From Lophium mytilinum (taxonomy: Eukaryota): a stretch of DNA of 64,000 nucleotides. The stretch spans positions 1,654,616-1,718,615 of the forward strand of contig MU004186.1 of NCBI GenBank assembly GCA_010093605.1. The letters are read 5' to 3'. This document shows, in pieces, positions 58,677 through 64,000 of this stretch. Below the pieces are notes generated by a model. It did not search any database. It worked only from the letters and a program-made list of their open reading frames with translations, and was not told the origin of the DNA. The position numbers and the translations under genes were made by a program. Within the stretch, counting starts at the first letter, position 1. The number at the start of each line of letters is the position of its first letter.

Positions 58677-60689
58677 TCAATATGGAAGAGAGTGGAGTGG
58701 ACTGTGCGACATAGTCCCACTTAGCACAGCCGGAGTCGAAGGCGCTCTTGGAATGGAGTAGAGCAAGCTCGCCCGGTTGTCCGCTTCGAGCGACTGCTCA
58801 AGTAGCATCTGAATAGCGGCCTGAGGAAGCTGGATTGGCGGGAGATTGAATCGATGTCTAGCTTTCATGATGTGAAGGATTTCAAATCGGCTGAGTGTCT
58901 CTTTGAATGCTGCAGGATCTTCGTATATCTGCACCGCTTTCTTGGTCGAGACGCTGACGATGGCCTTACAAATGTCAAACTGAACGTCCCCGGGAAGGTG
59001 TTGTACATCTCTCTCAAAAGATTCGCTGGTATAACTTCTCCATTGGTGATCTATTACCCTTGGGACGACACTAGAAAGCAAACCCTGCAAACCGCACACC
59101 TCAGCGAAGGAGAGGAAGGAGTCATGGCAAGATAAGAGCCTCTCCGTTATCTGAAGTCGCAGCGGGTCCTCGAAATTTCTTACGGCCTCAAAAATTGGAA
59201 GTCTGCTGCTTGTATCCAGTAAACTTGGGTTCGCTTTCTTGAGTAGTGCATCCAAACACGAAATTACGTCGAGATTCGAGTCGCCACGAAGAAGTCGAGT
59301 GAGTGGCGTGTATCCACCAAAGAATTTTTTGGCCGATGGGATAGCCAGCGTCCGATTCAGAATAATTTTCATCAGGTTCGCGGGAGCCGGGTCCGAGATT
59401 GCTAGTACTTGATTGGGGCAGGGTTCCAACAAAGCGTGAAGAAGGCGACCGCAGCATCCAGTTTCCCGGGAATAGCTTTTCTGTGCAAGCAGCTCTGCTA
59501 GTCCTGATCCAGGGCAGTGGAACAGAACGTCATGGCTGAAAGACTTGCTGATAGAGCAACTTGATAGCTTGGAAGAAACGTTCACTCTAACCCCTCTTGA
59601 AATGAACAAATCCAGACAACTTTTCTCCTCTTCCTCAACATCTCTGTACCAGTTGACAGTAGAGTCCCACGAATCAAGATATTCCACAAAGAATCCGTCT
59701 TCTGTATCCGGATCAATCGACAAATAGTCCTTTTTCAGAAACATTTCAAGAACGGAATTTGCAAATTTCCGGTGCTTGGTCCATTGCTGCTTGCGCACGG
59801 CCATGATCTGAGTCCACGATTTGGAGTCGACTTCTGCTTTGTAGTTCAAGAGCATCCGGACAATCGAAAGACTAGAGTGATATCGTGATGGCCGTATGGC
59901 AAGATGGAGAGAGGAGTCTCCCCACGCGGTCCGAGCATTAACTTTGGCGCCAGCGTCGAGCAGAGCTTCCACGTACAAGGCGCTCCCGTTGATGACCGAT
60001 TGTAAGAGAGGAGTGTACCGTGTTTTCGGTTCCGCATATTCCAAATCTGCTCCGCAGTCAATCAAAAGTTTTACCATCTCGATGGACGAGCGGTCAGCAG
60101 AGACCGCTCTATGTAGACATGACAGCCCGGTAAGAGCTGTTCTTGCGTTGGGAAGTGAGTCAAGGATTTGTTGAACACGGGCGACCTCGTTCTCGGCGAT
60201 AGCTAATTTGATCTCTGAGTCCAATCTCTCTTCAGAATTGGTTGTGGTGAGACTAGGGACTTGCTGATGCAACAAAGAAGGCCAATGTCGCCAGTCACTG
60301 GTAAGATATGTTATTACGAGAGCATGTACGAGGTGTCCGATCTAGCATATAATATGAGTAAAAGAAGGAGATGGAGCAGCTCACGAGCTGGGGGACGTTG
60401 AAGCACGGGAGATCTCTTGGTTGGAGATGGCGTCTACATGCAATCTCGGTGCTACACGCGCGGGCTTCCTTTTCTTGAACCCAAACTCTTTTACTTTCAT
60501 ACGATAAGACCGTTCACTGAAGCGTTTACATTCTTAGCCATGCTATGACATTGAAAGCAACAGCTTTACTTGCCTGGCTACGAAACCATGCACATCTTCT
60601 ATCAAAGCCATAACTTCTTTGAGCGGCTTGCGCTTGACGACGTAATGGTATCGAATGTCCTCCCAAACGTCGTCCCAATCATGCGTCAT
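58677..60689 (-). CDS. Clr5-domain + ankyrin-repeat protein (paralogue B); first intron is GC-AG (60517-60573); 3' end may extend to ~58298
   Basis: MTHDWDDVWEDIRYHYVVKRKPLKEVMALIEDVHGFVAS.RSYRMKVKEFG (Clr5 pattern); ankyrin repeats GLSCLHRAV..MVKLLIDCGAD, YTPLLQSV and GDSSLHLAI. Confidence 0.85.
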
Positions 60690-61865
60690 GGCGAGAACAA
60701 CGGTCGAATATGTGGTGGACCTCTAGCGGGTGTATCATCTGAGCTGTCAGAAAGGCTGAGATGCTGTAACTTTACGTGACGGGTCGAGGCTGGCGCAGAC
60801 GTCGGCGTAGGTTTGAGGGAATGCTGATTACCGAGTGCACCGCAGCCAGCTCATCAGTCTGATGCCACCAGCCTTAGGATGAGGGATCTTAATCTAGTGG
60901 GACTATTAGAGACTGCAATTTCAGTCGAGCGCTGCTGCTTTTGCAGCTCCGGTGTGCTGCGTGCTGGAGGGCGTGGGCAGGCCTCAGCCACCGAGCGTGG
61001 GCCACCTCGCGGCACAGCCCGACGCGCACCGTTGTGCAATAATGTTTTGCCTCCGCTAGAACTGCAGCTCGCTACTCCAAGCTCGTTCAAGCGCAAGTGC
61101 AAAAATAAGGAAGGCAAGATATTTCTGCGCTTCCTGAGCCCCGGCTCAACCGAAGTGCAATAGTGGGGCGTGTGGAGTAGAATTGCACATAGGCGCTAAG
61201 CTGCAAAAGCACTGGACTTTCTGCTTCTTGCACTTCGTATGAGCTACGGGCAGCAGATCGGGGCGCAAAAATTATTTGCCTCTAGTAAAGTTGCAGTTCG
61301 TATGCCCAGGACGCCGTACCGTCCCTGTGCAGATACATCGGAGGCGAAAGCTTTTTGCACTTCCTCATTACCATGGCAAAGGTGGAACACGACTCTTGCG
61401 CTTTGCTGTGTCTACGGCGCCGTGGGGTCAGTCCACGAACTTATTCCTGGCAGCGAAGCGTGGGCGTTCATTGGACACGACGGAACCCCATTGGACCGCC
61501 CGGCCTCCCAATTTGCCTTTGAGAACTGCAGTTGTAACGAGGAGCGACCTCTTTTGCAGTTCAAGACCGTAGAACTATGTGAAAATAAACGGTTGCGTTG
61601 TCATTGTTGCAGAAGTTCCTCGGGATGGCGTGGCTGGTCGAGTTGCCTTTACGTCTGTCGTTGCCCAGCTGGGTGACGATTTCGGGCATCCAAGCGCTGC
61701 CATTCCTACTATATGAAGGACCACCTTCTGCACTCAATCTGGTTGAATATCTCATCCGTCCCTTCTTTCTTCAATAGCACCTGAACCAAGTCGGACTCCA
61801 AATAATCTTCCAGTCTGCCTCTGTCAACCAACGAGTTTGTTCTATAATCGTCGCCTCCCGTTGAA

Positions 61866-62335
61866 ATGAATTCGTCGATCCAAGATGTTGCCCGAATTCC
61901 CTCGTAAGGCGCACTTTGCATTGTGGAGCGAATCATCCTCATCGACGTCAAGCTAACCAGAGATTCAGTGATGTCGCCTCCCATGCCACCTCATTGCGGA
62001 CCCAGCGCGAGCCACCAGCGGGCGTTCAACAATGCAGGAACCCCTCGAAAGCCAGACCATCTGCTTCCACCACATCTGATGCTCAAATAACGGCTGCCAA
62101 CCTCTCCACCCTCATGAGCCAGCTCGCACATGATTCCAGCGAACACAGGGTCGAAGATGCCAACGGCATACTGACCGCGGGGAGAGATCTTGGGTTCGGA
62201 GAAGTTGCTGAAAGAATCGCAGGCGAACAAGAGAGCATTGAGGCTTCCAATGGGAAGCAACCGATGGAGAGATGGTTGGAGGGCCGTGATGAAAGGCTGG
62301 TCGAGGCTAGCTATCGGAACAGCCCCACTTCTTGA
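61866..62335 (+). CDS. Small hypothetical protein (exons 61866-61903, 61969-62335), probable distant paralogue of the 50081-50740 gene
   Basis: A phase-2 GTAAGG..GCTAAC..TTCAG intron gives an open frame. It shares T..NL...G..MERW with the 50-kb gene. Confidence 0.6.
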
Positions 62336-62416
62336 CGGATGAAGGCCCTGGTGAGAGGGTAGGTAGAGTGCTTGACGATTCTGTCCTTCAGACTATGACA
62401 GGTGATCGCTGTTTCT

Positions 62417-63738
62417 TTACTTAATTTTGCGGCGCAGCAAGTCTACCATATCCCGTAGTCCTTTCAATCGTTCATCTCTTGATTCGCCGAGATACAAGGC
62501 TGCCACAGGCCATGCGTGAATACCACCCTTTTCTTCACCAACGTGAACTTCTACGCCCGACTTCTTAAGCAGGGATATGAGAGCTCGTGTTTCGGGTGCA
62601 AGGACCTCTTCGGAACCAAAGAGGAATGCCCATCCGTTGGTAGGAGTTGCTCTTGCCCACTTCTTCAAGTCTTTGCAGTGTCCAGGTGATACCATTGGGT
62701 CGTCGATAAGCACCTTAGATCCACAGTACTGACGACCGTAAAGATCGAGGCTTTCCTTGTTCAAGTAGTCGCTAGTAGTGTTACGATTATTCTCCGAAAC
62801 AAGAGTCACCCACGGCGATATCATCATGGCCAAACCAGGGAGACGAGACCGGTAGGTAGAATGATCGGCCATATACAGCAAGAGACTCAGTACGACTGTT
62901 GCTCCAGCGGAGTCTCCCCCAACGCAAATCTTCAATGGGTCTCTTGCAATTGATAATACGTATTGGTAGCCAGCAAATGCCTGCTGAACCTGAGTGGGAT
63001 AGACGGCGTCTGGAACAAGAGTATATTCCAGAGTGAACAGAGAGGGGTTTTGATAGCCCGAATCTTTTAGAAGTGTCACCAACGCGAGTAGAAACTCCAT
63101 GTAGAAATAGCTGGATCCCATCGAGAATCCCCCTCCTAAATAAAGTCAGCACTGCCGTCTGCAGTACGGGGGGATACACACCATGACAGTAGTAGATGAC
63201 GATGTCAGGCTGTCTAGATTGGTCGTACGTAAGCCAGACACCACGGAAACCATCCTGAGCGTGTCAGCAAATATCGGATGCAATTCAGTCGCGCATTGCA
63301 CGTACTTTATTGACCTCGTGCCAGGTGATTGGCGACTGAAGATAGCCATGTCGGAGCATCCTAAAGCGAAGAAATGGTAAGGCAACGGCCTTCGAAAAGA
63401 AGACTCTACCCAGATACGCTGGCATAGAGGCAAAAGCATATCGCACGCATCTGACAACGAGGTCCTGAAATAACGTCGCCTGCTGCACGAACGGACTTCG
63501 ATTCTGAAACGACGTGAAAAACCTTTCCTTCACGAAATGGAGGGGTAATTTGATGGCTGCATTAACTGTTAGCATGGGGCTTTCCTATAGAGGGGAGGCT
63601 TTTCCAAATACCTAGAAATGGAAGTGCTCCAACAAGCCATCGTGCTGTTCGCCAGAGTCCGACGTGGATGAGCAGTTGCGGAGCCAAGAGAAGAAGAAAA
63701 ACCAAGCAATCAAGGTAGGAGATCTGAGTCAAAATCAT
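62417..63738 (-). CDS. Alpha/beta hydrolase-3 (HSL-like / steryl deacetylase Say1-like) with N-terminal membrane segment
   Basis: YYCHG|GGFSMGS oxyanion motif split by an intron, LEYTLVP..YPTQ, GDSAG nucleophile, ISPWV and HAWP; start MILTQISYLDC at 63738. Confidence 0.92.
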
Positions 63739-64000
63739 TCTAACACTTTCGAGGGCTCTAAAGAGTGGTTACACAGGAAACAATGGAAATAAGGAAATGC
63801 AGCAAAGAAAAAGATAGATGGATGTTGATAGAAGTGTGGGAACTGCGCAGTCTTGGGCATGATGACGTCCGTGAGACTATACCTAAATTAGCCAGCACGG
63901 CTTAGTGAGATTTATTGGAATTTAAGGTAGCTGTGCTTGTGCCTGGCAAGAGATGTTCTCTTGCAATTGACGCCTACTAAACAGTTCGTCGATGTGAATG

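Overview
Eukaryotic, intron-rich DNA from a filamentous ascomycete fungus (GT-AG introns with CTRAC/CTAAC branch points; class-level taxonomy not determinable here). About 25 protein-coding genes: a linoleate diol synthase/Ppo dioxygenase-P450 fusion (5'-truncated), a PTH11-like membrane protein, a cytochrome P450, a SAM methyltransferase, Ayr1-like SDR, single-pass and MARVEL-like membrane proteins, an HExxH hypothetical, a protoglobin-like globin, a BTB protein, a triple Zn2Cys6-like protein, a GPI-type cell-wall protein, epoxide hydrolase, histidine phosphatase, FAD oxidoreductase, M36 fungalysin, two tandem Clr5-ankyrin paralogues, two small related orphan genes and an alpha/beta hydrolase. 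There are also two gene relics (MUP1-like, ALG5-like) and two non-autonomous TIR elements. The least explained signals are: a ~99-100-bp hairpin-bearing tandem array at 3.8-4.6 kb; a CAC...GTG element with a 5-bp target duplication at 18.2 kb; a perfect 22-bp inverted repeat with a competing hairpin at 49.6 kb; and the Clr5-ankyrin pair, whose upstream regions both carry dense TGCA motif clusters. No rRNA, tRNA or CRISPR was found. Exon boundaries were read by eye, and family calls come from recalled motifs rather than database searches.
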